A stretch of DNA of 64,000 bases, from the NCBI GenBank assembly GCA_963814585.1, contig CAWFDF010000014.1:384001-448000 (forward strand), in the 5' to 3' direction. Below are positions 34,459 to 45,822 of this stretch, one piece after another. A program made the translations under genes and the position numbers. The notes below the pieces were generated by a model. It worked only from the letters and a program-made list of their open reading frames with translations. It made no database searches and was not told the origin of the DNA. Each line of letters opens with the position of its first letter. The first letter of the stretch is position 1. The stretch is from an uncultured delta proteobacterium. Its GTDB lineage: Bacteria > Myxococcota > Myxococcia > Myxococcales > Anaeromyxobacteraceae.

Positions 34459-34665
34459 ATGGCCAGTCTCGCCGACAAGTTCGCCGACAACCTCAAGACC
34501 GAGCGCATGCGCCGCAAGCTGTCGCAGGAGGCGCTCGCCCACAAGGCCGGCCTCTCGGTGTCCTACATCTCGATGCTGGAGCGCGGGCAGCGCACGCCGC
34601 CGCTGGAGACCCTGGAGCAGCTGGCCAAGGCGCTCTCCGTCAACCCGCTCCACCTGCTCGGCTAG
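34459..34665 (+). CDS. Small XRE-family HTH regulator (68 aa)
   Basis: [48 protein letters not shown]. Confidence 0.92.
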   Translation: MASLADKFADNLKTERMRRKLSQEALAHKAGLSVSYISMLERGQRTPPLETLEQLAKALSVNPLHLLG

Positions 34666-34765
34666 CGGCCGGTGCGCCTCGCCACGGCACGCCGACTGGC
34701 GTGCATCGCCGGGGCGGATCGACTATCTTTTCGCGTCTCAATCCAACGAAGACGCGAGGCGGCTC

Positions 34766-35038
34766 ATGGCGCGGATGGTGATGTGCAGGAAGCTCGGCCG
34801 GGAACTCCCGGCCATGACGTTCAAGCCGTTCCCCAACGAGCTGGGGCAGCGGGTGTTCGACCAGATCTCCCAGGAGGCCTGGAAGATGTGGCTCGAGCAC
34901 TTCAAGATGATCATGAACGAGTACCGGCTCTCGCCGTCGGATCCCCGCACCACGCAGATCCTCTACGGGCAGTGCGAGCAGTTCTTCTTCGGGCCGGGCG
35001 CCGACGCGCCGCCCGACTTCAAGCCGCACGAGCACTGA
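34766..35038 (+). CDS. yggX: Fe(II)-trafficking / oxidative damage protection protein
   Basis: [37 protein letters not shown]. Confidence 0.92.
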   Translation: MARMVMCRKLGRELPAMTFKPFPNELGQRVFDQISQEAWKMWLEHFKMIMNEYRLSPSDPRTTQILYGQCEQFFFGPGADAPPDFKPHEH

Positions 35039-35060
35039 CTTCGAGCTCGCGGACATGAGA

Positions 35061-35086
35061 CGGGCGGCCAGTCCCCTGGCCGCCCG
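35061..35086. terminator. Hairpin between convergent yggX and tRNA-Ala
   Basis: Perfect 11-bp stem CGGGCGGCCAG-TCCC-CTGGCCGCCCG. Confidence 0.7.
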
Positions 35087-35099
35087 CGCTCACTTCAAC

Positions 35100-35175
35100 T
35101 GGTGGACCCGACCGGGATCGAACCGGTGACCTCCTGAATGCCATTCAGGCGCGCTCCCAGCTGCGCCACGAGCCC
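35100..35175 (-). tRNA. tRNA-Ala (GGC)
   Basis: Reverse complement GGGCTCGTGGCGCAGCTGGGAGCGCGCCTGAATGGCATTCAGGAGGTCACCGGTTCGATCCCGGTCGGGTCCACCA; G3:U70 pair, TTCGA loop, encoded CCA. Confidence 0.98.
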
Positions 35176-35209
35176 AAGGTGTTCGCTCCCCTGCCTGCGG
35201 GGAGCGCGG

Positions 35210-35239
35210 TTATTAGCGCGCTCCAGCCGCTCGCGTCAA
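35210..35239 (-). promoter_or_regulatory. Possible tRNA promoter
   Basis: TTGACG-N18-TAATAA on the minus strand. Confidence 0.45.
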
Positions 35240-35436
35240 GCCCGTTCGCGACATGCCCGGGGTGCCTCCCCCGGGTGTCGATTCGTGGCGTCACAGAGGT
35301 GTCCTTCCCCAGCACGCCACTCGACGCCCACCCCGGCCCGGGCGCAGACTGGCTGTCGGGGCGGACGGTTGGCCGCCGCTCGCCCGGGTTGCAGGCTGGC
35401 ATGTGGGTTGCTCCACGAGGAGGGGGAGGTCTGATC

Positions 35437-36375
35437 ATGCGCTTCGTCACGACTTCGCTGCTCCTGCTCCTCGTCACCCCGGTGGCTTCCGGCGCGCAGG
35501 ACCGTTCCCGCCCGCCGCCCCCGTCGGCACCGGCCACGCAGCCCGACCAGTCCGACACGCCCTCGGCCGCCCAGGCCACGTCGCGCCCACCTCGACCGCC
35601 GCCACCCTCGAGCACCTCCACGCCACCCCGTCCACCGCCTCCGCCAGGCCAGGGCCAGCCGTCCCCGCCGCCCGGTCCAGGTGGCCCCTGGGCGCCGCCG
35701 CCGCCGCCTGTCTACTACCCGCCGCCGTTCTGGTCGGGCTTCGGCTGGGGCTGGGGCTACTACCCGATCTACCCCTACTACGTCGGCGACGAGTATCCGG
35801 CGTACGCCCTGCCGCCGATCCCGCCCGCGGTTCCGGCGACCGCCAGCATGCGCGTCACCGGCGCCGTCGGCACCGGCGACAGCAGCGCCTTCGGCCTGGC
35901 CTTCGGCGTGGACGGCGTCCGAGGCGGCTTCGACCTCACCTTCGACGCCTTCGCGCCGAGCCAGGGGGGGACCCTGGTCGGCGGCATGGGCGGGCCCATG
36001 GAGTCCTACGGCTTCAGCACCGGCCACTTCTCCTACCCGATCCTGGCTGGCCCGACCTACCGGCTCCGGCTCCAGGCCGGCGGCTCCTGGCTCTCGGTGC
36101 CGACGTCCACCTACGGAGGCTCCACCGACTCCTTCGGCTTCGACCTCGGGGCCACGGCCAACCTGGGGCTGATCGGTCCGCTCGGCGTCGAAGGACACGC
36201 CCGGATCACGCCCTACCCGATCCAGGTGGTCGATCTCCGGGCCGCGGTGGCGCTCCGCGCCGGCTCCTTCTCGCTGCTGGGCGGCTACCGGTTCATCGAC
36301 GTGGCCGCCGACTCCCGCACCGGTCCGGCGGCTCGCTTCGAAGGCCCCGAGTTCGGCCTCGGCTTCATCTTCTGA
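35437..36375 (+). CDS. Exported protein with Pro-rich N-terminus and probable beta-barrel C-terminus
   Basis: GGAGG RBS, signal peptide, alternating beta-strand pattern, ends FGLGFIF. Confidence 0.7.
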   Translation: MRFVTTSLLLLLVTPVASGAQDRSRPPPPSAPATQPDQSDTPSAAQATSRPPRPPPPSSTSTPPRPPPPPGQGQPSPPPGPGGPWAPPPPPVYYPPPFWSGFGWGWGYYPIYPYYVGDEYPAYALPPIPPAVPATASMRVTGAVGTGDSSAFGLAFGVDGVRGGFDLTFDAFAPSQGGTLVGGMGGPMESYGFSTGHFSYPILAGPTYRLRLQAGGSWLSVPTSTYGGSTDSFGFDLGATANLGLIGPLGVEGHARITPYPIQVVDLRAAVALRAGSFSLLGGYRFIDVAADSRTGPAARFEGPEFGLGFIF

Positions 36376-36483
36376 CTACTTCTTGGCGGTCTTCTTGGCG
36401 GCCGCCTGCCGGACCTTGCGCGCCTTCCACTGCTGGCGGCGGCGGGACTTCATGCGGACGTGCTTGCTCTTCGAGTTGGCCAT
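36376..36483 (-). CDS. 35-aa highly basic small protein
   Basis: AAGGAG RBS; MANSKSKHVRMKSRRRQQWKARKVRQAAAKKTAKK; every codon ends in G or C. Confidence 0.75.
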   Translation of the reverse strand: MANSKSKHVRMKSRRRQQWKARKVRQAAAKKTAKK

Positions 36484-36532
36484 GCCTGCTCCTTCAAGGG
36501 TCGTGGGTTCCGGAACTTTGGGGGGGCCATTC

Positions 36533-37092
36533 CTAGCACGCCGGTGGTGACGGGTGAAGGCCGGGGGAGCCACCGGTCGACCGCGCCGCCTGGCCCGGCG
36601 GCGCCGGGGTGACGGTCCCGAGCCTGGCCGGCGCCGGATCGCTCATCATCACCTTGCCGTCCACCACCTGCGTCGCCGCCAGCACGTCCCCGTAGCGGAG
36701 GCCGAGCGGCTCGCGCCAGGCGCGCCACGCCTCGACCGCGACCATCGGCAATCCCACCAGGACGAAGACCGGCCAGAGCAGGGGCAGGGCCCAGCAGAGC
36801 GCCACCACGGCGAACGGGGCGTTGCGCTGCATCGACTCGGTGAAGCCGGCCGAGACCCGCCGCTCCGGCAGGACCACCCGCACGCCGAAGAGCCGCTTGC
36901 CCGGCGACTGGCCGTGGAGCAGCCCGTCGGCCACCGCGAGGTAGCCAGCCGCCAGCAGCGGCCCGACCACGAACGGCGCCGCCAGCCCCAGCACCAGCGC
37001 GACGGTGAAGTCGAAGCCGCGGGCCAGCCCCCGCAGCGTGAGATCGGCCTTGCCGTACTGCGGCGGAGGCTCCCGGCGCGGGTCGGCGGTGC

Positions 37093-37096
<4 letters not shown>
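36533..37096 (-). CDS. RDD family membrane protein
   Basis: [34 protein letters not shown]. Confidence 0.85.
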
Positions 37097-38325
<1,229 letters not shown>

Positions 38326-38478
38326 GTGCGATTTCTAGCCCAACGGCGGGCGCCGGGAAAGGCGCGAGCGGCCCGCGACCCCCGCGGGACCCTTCACCGG
38401 GTGGCGCCGGCTGGCTGGCGCTCGCCGCCTCGGGGCGCGCCGCCCCTGGCGACGGCGCGCCAGGAGCCGCCGCCGCGA

Positions 38479-39822
38479 TCAGGGCCGGTGGAGCGGGTCG
38501 ATGCCCCGCATCACCAGGCCACTCGGCAGGCGCGGCGCGAAGAGCGTGCTCTTCTGCGGCATGGTCTCGCCGGCGTCTCCCACCGCCTCCACCTGCCACA
38601 TGGGCGTCGGGTTGAGGAGGAAGCCGAGCTGGTGCTCGCCGGAGAGGACGCGGTTGACGGCCTCGCCGGCGTCTCGCACGTAGGTGAGGTTCTCCTCGTT
38701 CTCCTGCGAGCGCGGTGAGAGGCCGAGCAGGTGCTGGAAGACGACGGCGTGGAGCACCGTGACGTCCAGGGCCTGGAGCGTCCGGTTGGCGGGGAGCTCG
38801 GTGTCGGAGAGGTCCACGTCGTCGCGCAGGGTGAGGATGCGGGCGCGCTGGTCCTCGGCGGCCACCATGAGGTAGGCGGTCGCCTTGCCGGCGTGCTCGC
38901 CGAGCCTCGCCACCGCCCAGGCGCGCCCGACCGGCTTGCGCAGGCTCTCCTCGACGAGCTGGATCTTGAAGAAGCGCTCCAGGCGGGGCAGCAGCGAGGC
39001 CAGCGACGCGTCCCTCAGCCCGAAGAGCAGCCGGTGGGTCGGGTAGATGACCAGGCCCGGATCGCTCATGGGGCAGAGGAACATGAGGATGTAGTGATGG
39101 CCGCCGTCGGCCGGCAGGGACGGGTTCTCCGCCTGGAGCAGCCGGCGGTAGAGGAGCGCCGTCTCGTAGCGATGGTGGCCGTCGGCGATGATGATGCGCT
39201 GGTCGCGCACCAGCGCCTGGAGCCCGTCGATCACCGCCGGATCCTCGGTGCGCCAGACCCGCTGGTGGACCCCGTCGTCCGAGTCGGTCTCGGCCACCGG
39301 CTCGCCCTGGGTGGCCTTCTCGAGCGCCGCGGCGGTCGCGCCCGAGTCGTCGGCGTAGAGCCCGAGCAGCGGCGAGACGTTGGCCCTCACTGCCTTCAGG
39401 TTGGCGAGCCGGTCGGCCTTCGGCCCCACCAGCGTCTTCTCGTGGGGGACGATGATCCCCTCGGAGAACTCGTGGAGCCGGACCGCCGCCATGAAGCCGC
39501 GGCGGGTGAGCTGCCGGCCGTCGGGGGCCCAGAAGCTCTGCTCCAGCGGGTAGAGGGCCGGGCCGGGATCGGTGGCCAGCACGCCGGAGGCCTGCCAGGC
39601 CTTCCAGGCCTCGGCCGCCCGCGTGTACTTGTTGAAGGTCGGCGTGTCGTCGGGGCGGTCCTCGCCCAGCGTGATGTGGACCACGCTGTGCGGGCTGCGG
39701 CGGAGCAGCTCGTCGCGCAGCGCCGGGGCGATCTGGTCGTAGGGCGGCGCCAGCAGCTGGCCGAGCGGGCGCCCGCGGGAGGCGGTGTAGCGGACGCCGC
39801 GGAACGGGACGATCTCGGCCAT
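38479..39822 (-). CDS. DUF1015 family protein
   Basis: PFRGVRY, APPYD, PHEKT, IADGHHRYETA, MPQKSTLF. Confidence 0.9.
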   Translation of the reverse strand: MAEIVPFRGVRYTASRGRPLGQLLAPPYDQIAPALRDELLRRSPHSVVHITLGEDRPDDTPTFNKYTRAAEAWKAWQASGVLATDPGPALYPLEQSFWAPDGRQLTRRGFMAAVRLHEFSEGIIVPHEKTLVGPKADRLANLKAVRANVSPLLGLYADDSGATAAALEKATQGEPVAETDSDDGVHQRVWRTEDPAVIDGLQALVRDQRIIIADGHHRYETALLYRRLLQAENPSLPADGGHHYILMFLCPMSDPGLVIYPTHRLLFGLRDASLASLLPRLERFFKIQLVEESLRKPVGRAWAVARLGEHAGKATAYLMVAAEDQRARILTLRDDVDLSDTELPANRTLQALDVTVLHAVVFQHLLGLSPRSQENEENLTYVRDAGEAVNRVLSGEHQLGFLLNPTPMWQVEAVGDAGETMPQKSTLFAPRLPSGLVMRGIDPLHRP

Positions 39823-39903
39823 GGGGCGGGGACGCTAGAATCACGCCTCGTCCCGGCGCAAGGCTTCCCGGCCGCCCCGATCCTGGTGCCCCTCGCCTGG
39901 CCT

Positions 39904-41004
39904 TCAGTCGAAATGGGCGTTGGCGAGCGGGAGCACCCTGGTCCAGCCCGGGTTGTTGGCGGCGATGTTGACGAGTCCGAGCTGCAGGCCGTGGAGCTCC
40001 CGGGCGTAGTTGACGAGGCCGATCGCCAGGCCGTGCTGCTCCCCGCGGATCCGGTTGAAGGCGCTGATCGAGATGCCACCGAAGCGCCCCTCCGGCTCGA
40101 CGTTGAAGAGGCCGGGCGCGAGCACCAGCCCGGCGGCGTCCTTGCTCCCGACCACGAAGGCGGCCGCCAGGCCCCTCAGCCTCGGCGCGCCGACCCCGAT
40201 CCCGGCGACGGCGAGGCCGCGCAGCCGGCCGCCGACGCCGGCGCCGAGGCCCCCCACCAGGATCCCGTCGAAGTCGCCCCCGACGCCCCCGCCCAGTCCG
40301 GCGATCAGGATCCCGCGCGAGCTCCCCCCCGCCCCGGCCCCCAGCCCGGCCAGCATCAGGCCGTCGAAGCCGGCCCCGGCCCCGACGCCGAGCCCGCCCA
40401 GCGCCAGGCCGCGCACCTTCCCGCCGCTCCCCGCCCCGAGGCCGCCGAGGAGCAGGCCGTCGACGCCGCCTCCCGCCCCGGCGCCCAGCCCGCCGAGGAG
40501 CAGGCCGTTGACGTGGCCGCCCGCTCCCGCGCCGAGCCCGCCCGCGAAGACGCCGTTCAGGGTGCCGCCGGCTCCGAGCCCGGCCAGCCCGAGGCCGAGG
40601 CCGTCGAACCGATCGCCCACGCCGACCCCGAGCCCCAGCGCGAGGCCGCGCATCCGCTCGGCGCCCGCCAGCGGCACGCCCAGCAGGAGCCCGTTCACCT
40701 CCGGCCTGGCCCCCGGATACGGCGACCAGACGGTGACGCTGACGCCGTGGACCACCGAGTCGCTGGCGTCGCGGTAGTTGAGCTTGAGCCCGTCGACGTG
40801 GCGGGTGTCGCCGATGCCGATCCCGACGTCGCGGACGGTGAGGTCGAGGCTCCACGCCGGTTCGGGCGTCGGGGGCGGGACGTCGGCCGGCGCCGGCGCC
40901 GCGGGGGCGGCCGGCCCCACCGGGGCGGTGCGGGCCAGCGCCGTCGACGCCGTGGTCGCCACCAGGAGGAGGAGCCCCAGGCCGCCTCGAGAACCGATCG
41001 TCAT
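39904..41004 (-). CDS. Exported Gly-rich repeat protein (LA_2272-like)
   Basis: Signal peptide; 16-aa repeats such as GLLLGGLGAGAGGGVD; C-terminal GLAIGLVN/GLQLGLVN and LPLANAHF. Confidence 0.75.
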   Translation of the reverse strand: MTIGSRGGLGLLLLVATTASTALARTAPVGPAAPAAPAPADVPPPTPEPAWSLDLTVRDVGIGIGDTRHVDGLKLNYRDASDSVVHGVSVTVWSPYPGARPEVNGLLLGVPLAGAERMRGLALGLGVGVGDRFDGLGLGLAGLGAGGTLNGVFAGGLGAGAGGHVNGLLLGGLGAGAGGGVDGLLLGGLGAGSGGKVRGLALGGLGVGAGAGFDGLMLAGLGAGAGGSSRGILIAGLGGGVGGDFDGILVGGLGAGVGGRLRGLAVAGIGVGAPRLRGLAAAFVVGSKDAAGLVLAPGLFNVEPEGRFGGISISAFNRIRGEQHGLAIGLVNYARELHGLQLGLVNIAANNPGWTRVLPLANAHFD

Positions 41005-41053
41005 CGCGCCTCCGCTGCTCCGTCGCGCCCGTGCCTTCGGGCGATGTGCCCCG

Positions 41054-41689
41054 CTACGTCGCTTCCTGCCCGGCCACCGCCCGCAGCGCCTCGAGCGGCA
41101 CGGCCCCGGCGCGCAGCAGCTCGAGCCGCCCGTCGAGGACGGCCACCACCGTGCTGGGCGCGCCGCCGGGCGTGGGCCCGCCGTCGAGGACGCCGTCGAG
41201 CCTGGCCCGCAGCCCCGGGTCGATCCCGGCCGCCGTGGTCGGTGGGGGCGCTCCGCTGGGGTTGGCGCTGGTGGCCACCAGCGCGCCGCCGGCCGCGGCG
41301 GCCAGCGCCGCCGCCACCTCGCCGCTGGTGATGCGGACGCCCACCGTCCCGGCGCCGCCGGTGATGGCGGCGTGCAGCCCGGCTCGGGCCGGCAGCACCA
41401 GGGTGAGCGGACCGGGCCAGAACGACCCGGCCAGCCGGCGCGCCAGCGGGGAGAACAGGGCCACCCGCTCCAGCTGCTCGGCGTCGGCACCGAGGAGCGG
41501 GAGCGGCTTCCCGTCCGGCCGCTCCTTGGCGCGAAGGAGCCGCTCCACCGCCCGCCCGTCGGAGGCGAGCGCCCCCAGCCCGTAGAAGGTCTCGGTCGGA
41601 TAGGCGACCACCCCGCCCCGCCGCAGCACCGCGGCGGCCTCGGCGATCCGGTCGGCCAGCGACGCCTCCCTGGCAGGCGCACCGCTCAT
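41054..41689 (-). CDS. tsaC: L-threonylcarbamoyladenylate synthase (Sua5/TsaC)
   Basis: VAYPTETFYGLG, KERP, FWPGPLT, ATSANPSG. Confidence 0.93.
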   Translation of the reverse strand: MSGAPAREASLADRIAEAAAVLRRGGVVAYPTETFYGLGALASDGRAVERLLRAKERPDGKPLPLLGADAEQLERVALFSPLARRLAGSFWPGPLTLVLPARAGLHAAITGGAGTVGVRITSGEVAAALAAAAGGALVATSANPSGAPPPTTAAGIDPGLRARLDGVLDGGPTPGGAPSTVVAVLDGRLELLRAGAVPLEALRAVAGQEAT

Positions 41690-42769
41690 GCCGTCCGGCG
41701 CACCGCCAGCGCCCCCACCGCCAGGAAGATGAGGTTGGGCAGCCAGGCCGCCAGCGCCGGCGGCAGCCGCCCGGAGAGACCGAGCCCGAGGAAGATCCCC
41801 TGCGTCCCCCAGAGCGCCAGCGACAGCCCCACCGCCTCGAGAAGGGCCGTCGAGAGGTGGCCCCGGCGGCTGCGGCGCAGCGCCAGCGCCACCGCCACCA
41901 GCGCTCCGGAGACGGCCGCCATCGGATAGGCCACGCGGTTGGACTGCTCGATGGCGAAGTCGCCATGGGGCTGGCCGAGCCGCCGGCGCAGCGCGATCTG
42001 CTCGGCCAGCACCGCGCAGCGACATCTGGGACGGACGGCCCGGCCGCAGATCGAACGAGCCGGGCGGCTCGTCGAAGCGCAGCTCCCGGGACGCCGCCCG
42101 CTCGTAGCCCCCTCCCCCACGCGAGAAGGTCCGCTCCTCCACGTCGGCAAGCCGCCAGGCGCCGCCCGTGGCCGGCTCCATCTTCCCCGCGTCGATGCGC
42201 CGGACCAGCTCGAAGTCGTCGTTCAGCTCCAGCACCGTCACCCGCTCGAAGCCGCCCCCCGGGAGCACGCCGCGCAGGTGGTAGACGTGGTGGCCGTCGG
42301 CGCCGCGGAACCAGCGCTTGGGCTGCTGGGTGGCCTGCCAGCGCCGGTAGGCGCCGCCGCGCGCGAAGCGCGTCACCTGGATCTCCTCGGCCCGCTGCGC
42401 CGCCCGGACCCCCCAGACCTCGTGGAGCAGCAGCAGCGCCAGCGACACCAGGGCGACCGCCCCCACCACCGGCAGGGCCACCCGCCAGGGGCCGAGCCCG
42501 ACCGAGCGCATGGCGGTCCACTCGCGGGTCTGGCGCAGGGTGCTCACGGCGATGGCCGCCCCGAGCAGCAGCGCCGCCGGGGCGACCCGGTGGGCCACCA
42601 CGCCGATCTTGTTGGCGTAGAGCTCGACGGCGGCGAGCAGCCAGCCCGGCCCGGCGAAGACGCCGGCGTTGTCGACGATGTCGACCGCCAGGAAGATGGT
42701 GACGACCCCGGAGAAGGCCGCCAGCGAGGCCAGCCAGGTCTTCCCGGCGAGGTACCGCGGCAGGATCAC
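41686..42769 (-). CDS. lptG: LPS export permease LptG (apparent frameshift near 42015)
   Basis: [16 protein letters not shown]-terminal [11 protein letters not shown]; follows lptF. Confidence 0.85.
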
Positions 42770-43884
42770 CGGACCACCCCCGGGCCTCGCCGCTCCAGGA
42801 GCCAGCAGAGCGCCAGCCCGACCAGGATCAGCACCAGGTTGGGCAGCTGGAGCGCCAGCGCCGCCGGCAGGGCGCCGCGCTGCGCCAGGATCTCGCCGGC
42901 GCGCAGCAGCAGGTACTGGACCAGCACCGCCCCGATGCTGGCGCCGATGGCCGCGGCCCGCCCACCCCGGCGCATGGCGGCCAGGGGCACGGCCATGAGC
43001 GCGAAGGCCAGCACCGCCAGGGGCGCGGACAGCCGCCGGTGGTAGGCCGCCTGGTAGCCGAGCGCCTGGGCCGGCGTCCGCTCCCCGCCCGGCCTCCCGA
43101 GGTCGGCCAGCTCCGCCTGCGTCAGCTCCTTGGTGGAGCCCGAGAGGGCGTTCCAATCGGTGAGCGCGGTGCCGACGCCGAGCGTCATCCCCGCGGTGCG
43201 GAAGGTGGCGCGCACGTACTCCTCGCCTCCGGGGTCCTCGCGGTGGATCTCGCCCTGCTCCAGGACCAGCCGCATCTCCTCCTCGGAGCCGACCGGCTCC
43301 AGCTTCCCGCGCCGGGCCAGCGCCAGCATCGGCGCGGCCGGGTTGGAGCGGTCGCTGATGAGCACGTCACCCCAGCCGTCGGGGCCGACCCGCGCCGCGA
43401 AGACGGTGTACCCCGGGATCTCGTCGAAGAAGGTCCCGGGGCGGACGTTGGCGGTCAGGTTGCGCTTGATGATCTCGTTGAAGCGCAGCCGGGCCTCTCG
43501 CAGGCCGGCCGGGTCCAGCGACACCGAGAACCAGAGCCCCACGGCGGTCACCACCACGCCGATGGCGAGCGGAACCCGCACCAGCCGCACCGGTGACAGC
43601 CCGGCGGCGCCGATGGCCATCACCTCCCGGTCCTCGGCCAGCCTCCCCACGCCGACGATGGCGCCCAGCAGGAAGGCGACCGGCATGACGAAGCCGAGCA
43701 GGTGCGGCAGCAGCGAGGCCGCCACCCCGGCGATGTCGAGCGCGCCGACGCCGGCGCCGAAGAGGATGTCGGCGCGGGCCAGGATCTGGGTCACCAGGAG
43801 GAGCTGCGTCAAGAAGAGGAGCGCCGCCAGGAAGGGCAGCAGGATCTCCCTGGCGAGGTAGCGCTCCAGCAGCCCCACGCTCAC
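42766..43884 (-). CDS. lptF: LPS export permease LptF
   Basis: [38 protein letters not shown]. Confidence 0.88.
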   Translation of the reverse strand: MSVGLLERYLAREILLPFLAALLFLTQLLLVTQILARADILFGAGVGALDIAGVAASLLPHLLGFVMPVAFLLGAIVGVGRLAEDREVMAIGAAGLSPVRLVRVPLAIGVVVTAVGLWFSVSLDPAGLREARLRFNEIIKRNLTANVRPGTFFDEIPGYTVFAARVGPDGWGDVLISDRSNPAAPMLALARRGKLEPVGSEEEMRLVLEQGEIHREDPGGEEYVRATFRTAGMTLGVGTALTDWNALSGSTKELTQAELADLGRPGGERTPAQALGYQAAYHRRLSAPLAVLAFALMAVPLAAMRRGGRAAAIGASIGAVLVQYLLLRAGEILAQRGALPAALALQLPNLVLILVGLALCWLLERRGPGVVR

Positions 43885-44386
43885 GCCTTCAGCTTCGCCT
43901 GCAGGGCGGCGTCCCTGGCCTCGACGTCGGCCGCCAGCCGCTCGCGCGCGGCGCGGACCTTCTCGGCCACCGCGCCGTCGGAGCGGGCGATGATGCGGGC
44001 CGCCAGCAGCCCGGCATTGCGCGCTCCGGATCTGGCCGATGGCCAGCGTCCCCACCGGGACCCCGGCCGGCATCTGGACCGTGGCCAGCAGCGCGTCGAG
44101 CCCCTGGAGATCGCTCCCGGCCAGCGGCACGCCCAGCACCGGCAGCTCGGTCTCGGCCGCCACCACCCCGGCGAGGTGGGCCGCCGCGCCGGCGCCGCAG
44201 ATGATCACCTGGATGCCTCGCCCGGCCGCCTGGCGCGCCAGCTCGCCGGTCCGCGCCGGCGTCCGGTGGGCGCTGGACACGTGCACCTCGGTGCCGATCG
44301 CCCATCTCCTCCAGCGCCTTCCTCGCCTCCGCCATCACCTCCCAGTCGGAGTCGGATCCCATGAGGATGAGCACCCTGGCGTTCAT
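43881..44386 (-). CDS. purE: N5-CAIR mutase (two apparent +1 frameshifts near 44300 and 44035)
   Basis: MGSDSD, then SAHRTP...[10 protein letters not shown]...[10 protein letters not shown], then [12 protein letters not shown], each in a successive frame. Confidence 0.93.
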
Positions 44387-45645
44387 GCGCTGCCCCCGAT
44401 GTCCTTGCGGTACTGCATGCCCCGGAACGAGACCTTGCCGATGGCGTCGTAGGCCCGCCGCCGGGCCTCGGCGTGGGTGGCCCCGAGCGCGCAGGCGGTC
44501 AGCACCCGGCCACCGGAGGTGACCACCCGGCCGCCCGGGCCGCTGGCGGTGCCGGCCTGGAAGAGCTGCTGGTCGGGGTCGAGCGCGGCGTCGAGGCCGG
44601 TGATGACGTCGCCGGTGGCGACCTGGCCCGGGTAGCCCTCGGCCGCCAGCACCACCCCGATCGAGGCGCGCGGGTCGACGTCGAGGGCGACGCCGGAGAG
44701 ATCGCCGCGGGCCGCGGCCAGCAGCGCCGGAACCAGGTCACCGCGCAGCCGCATGAGGATGGGCTGGGTCTCGGGGTCGCCGAGGCGGGCGTTGAACTCG
44801 AGGACGCGCGGGCCGTCGGGCGTCAGCATGATGCCGGCGTAGAGCGCACCGCGGAACGGGTGGCCCCGCCGCGCCAGCTCCCGCACCGCCGGGACCAGCA
44901 CGGTGCGCTCGATCTCGGCCAGCAGGGGCGCTGGCACCTTGGGCGTGGGGCAGTAGGCCCCCATGCCGCCGGTGTTGGGTCCGCGATCGCCGTCGAAGAT
45001 CCGCTTGTGGTCCTGCGCGGCGGGCAGCATCAGCACCCGCTCGCCGTCGCTGAGGGCGATGCAGCTGGCCTCCGGGCCGGCCAGCTTCTCCTCGAGGAGC
45101 AGCGTCGCCCCCGCGGCGCCATGGATCCGCTCCACCAGGATCTCGCGGATGGCCGCCTCGGCCTCGGGGAGCGAGGCGCAGACCACCACGCCCTTGCCGG
45201 CGGCGAGGCCGTCGGCCTTGACCACCACCTGGCCGCCCCGGGCCCGCGCCCAGTCGAGCGCGCCCTTCGGCTCGGTGAAGGTGTCGAAGGCCGCGGTCGG
45301 GATCCCGGCCGCGATCATGACCTCCTTGGCGAAGGCCTTGGAGCCCTCGATGCGGGCGGCGCCGGCGGTGGGTCCGAAGGCGAGGACGCCGGCGGCGGCG
45401 AGCCGGTCGGCCAGCCCCGCCACCAGCGGCGCTTCCGGGCCGACCACCACGAGATCGATCCGCTCGCGGACCGCGAAGGCGGCCAGCCCCTCGACGTCGT
45501 CGGCCTTGTGCGGGACGAGGGTGGCCAGCCGGCCGAGGCCGGGGTTGCCGGGCGCCGCGAACAGGGCGTGGACCAGCGGGGACTGGGCGATCTTCCAGGC
45601 CAGGGCGTGCTCACGGCCGCCCGAGCCCACGACGAGGACGCGCAT
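44383..45645 (-). CDS. purD: Phosphoribosylamine--glycine ligase
   Basis: [41 protein letters not shown]. Confidence 0.98.
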   Translation of the reverse strand: MRVLVVGSGGREHALAWKIAQSPLVHALFAAPGNPGLGRLATLVPHKADDVEGLAAFAVRERIDLVVVGPEAPLVAGLADRLAAAGVLAFGPTAGAARIEGSKAFAKEVMIAAGIPTAAFDTFTEPKGALDWARARGGQVVVKADGLAAGKGVVVCASLPEAEAAIREILVERIHGAAGATLLLEEKLAGPEASCIALSDGERVLMLPAAQDHKRIFDGDRGPNTGGMGAYCPTPKVPAPLLAEIERTVLVPAVRELARRGHPFRGALYAGIMLTPDGPRVLEFNARLGDPETQPILMRLRGDLVPALLAAARGDLSGVALDVDPRASIGVVLAAEGYPGQVATGDVITGLDAALDPDQQLFQAGTASGPGGRVVTSGGRVLTACALGATHAEARRRAYDAIGKVSFRGMQYRKDIGGSA

Positions 45646-45822
45646 GCGGGCCGCAACTTACCCCATTCCCGGGCGGTCGCGGGGCGGTTGGTCGGGGCGG
45701 AGAGGCGGTCGACCGGGCGCCTCGGCGAGACGGGCCCCGGAGTCGACCGGCGGCTGGCGGTCGACCCGGCCCTTGGTCCTGCGGCCATCGCGTGGTACGG
45801 CGCGGTCGGGAACCTGCCGAGG

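Noticed and set aside
34459..34665. XRE gene as an antitoxin or restriction-modification controller
   Set aside because: No toxin, nuclease or methyltransferase gene is adjacent.
35100..35175. tRNA-Ala as an island integration site
   Set aside because: No integrase and no duplicated tRNA 3' end were noticed; the flanks are ordinary genes.
41054..44286. Apparent fusions purE-lptF, lptG-tsaC and (at 37093..38325) hemB-DUF4177 in the ORF track
   Set aside because: They are produced by single-base frameshifts running into overlapping start/stop junctions.
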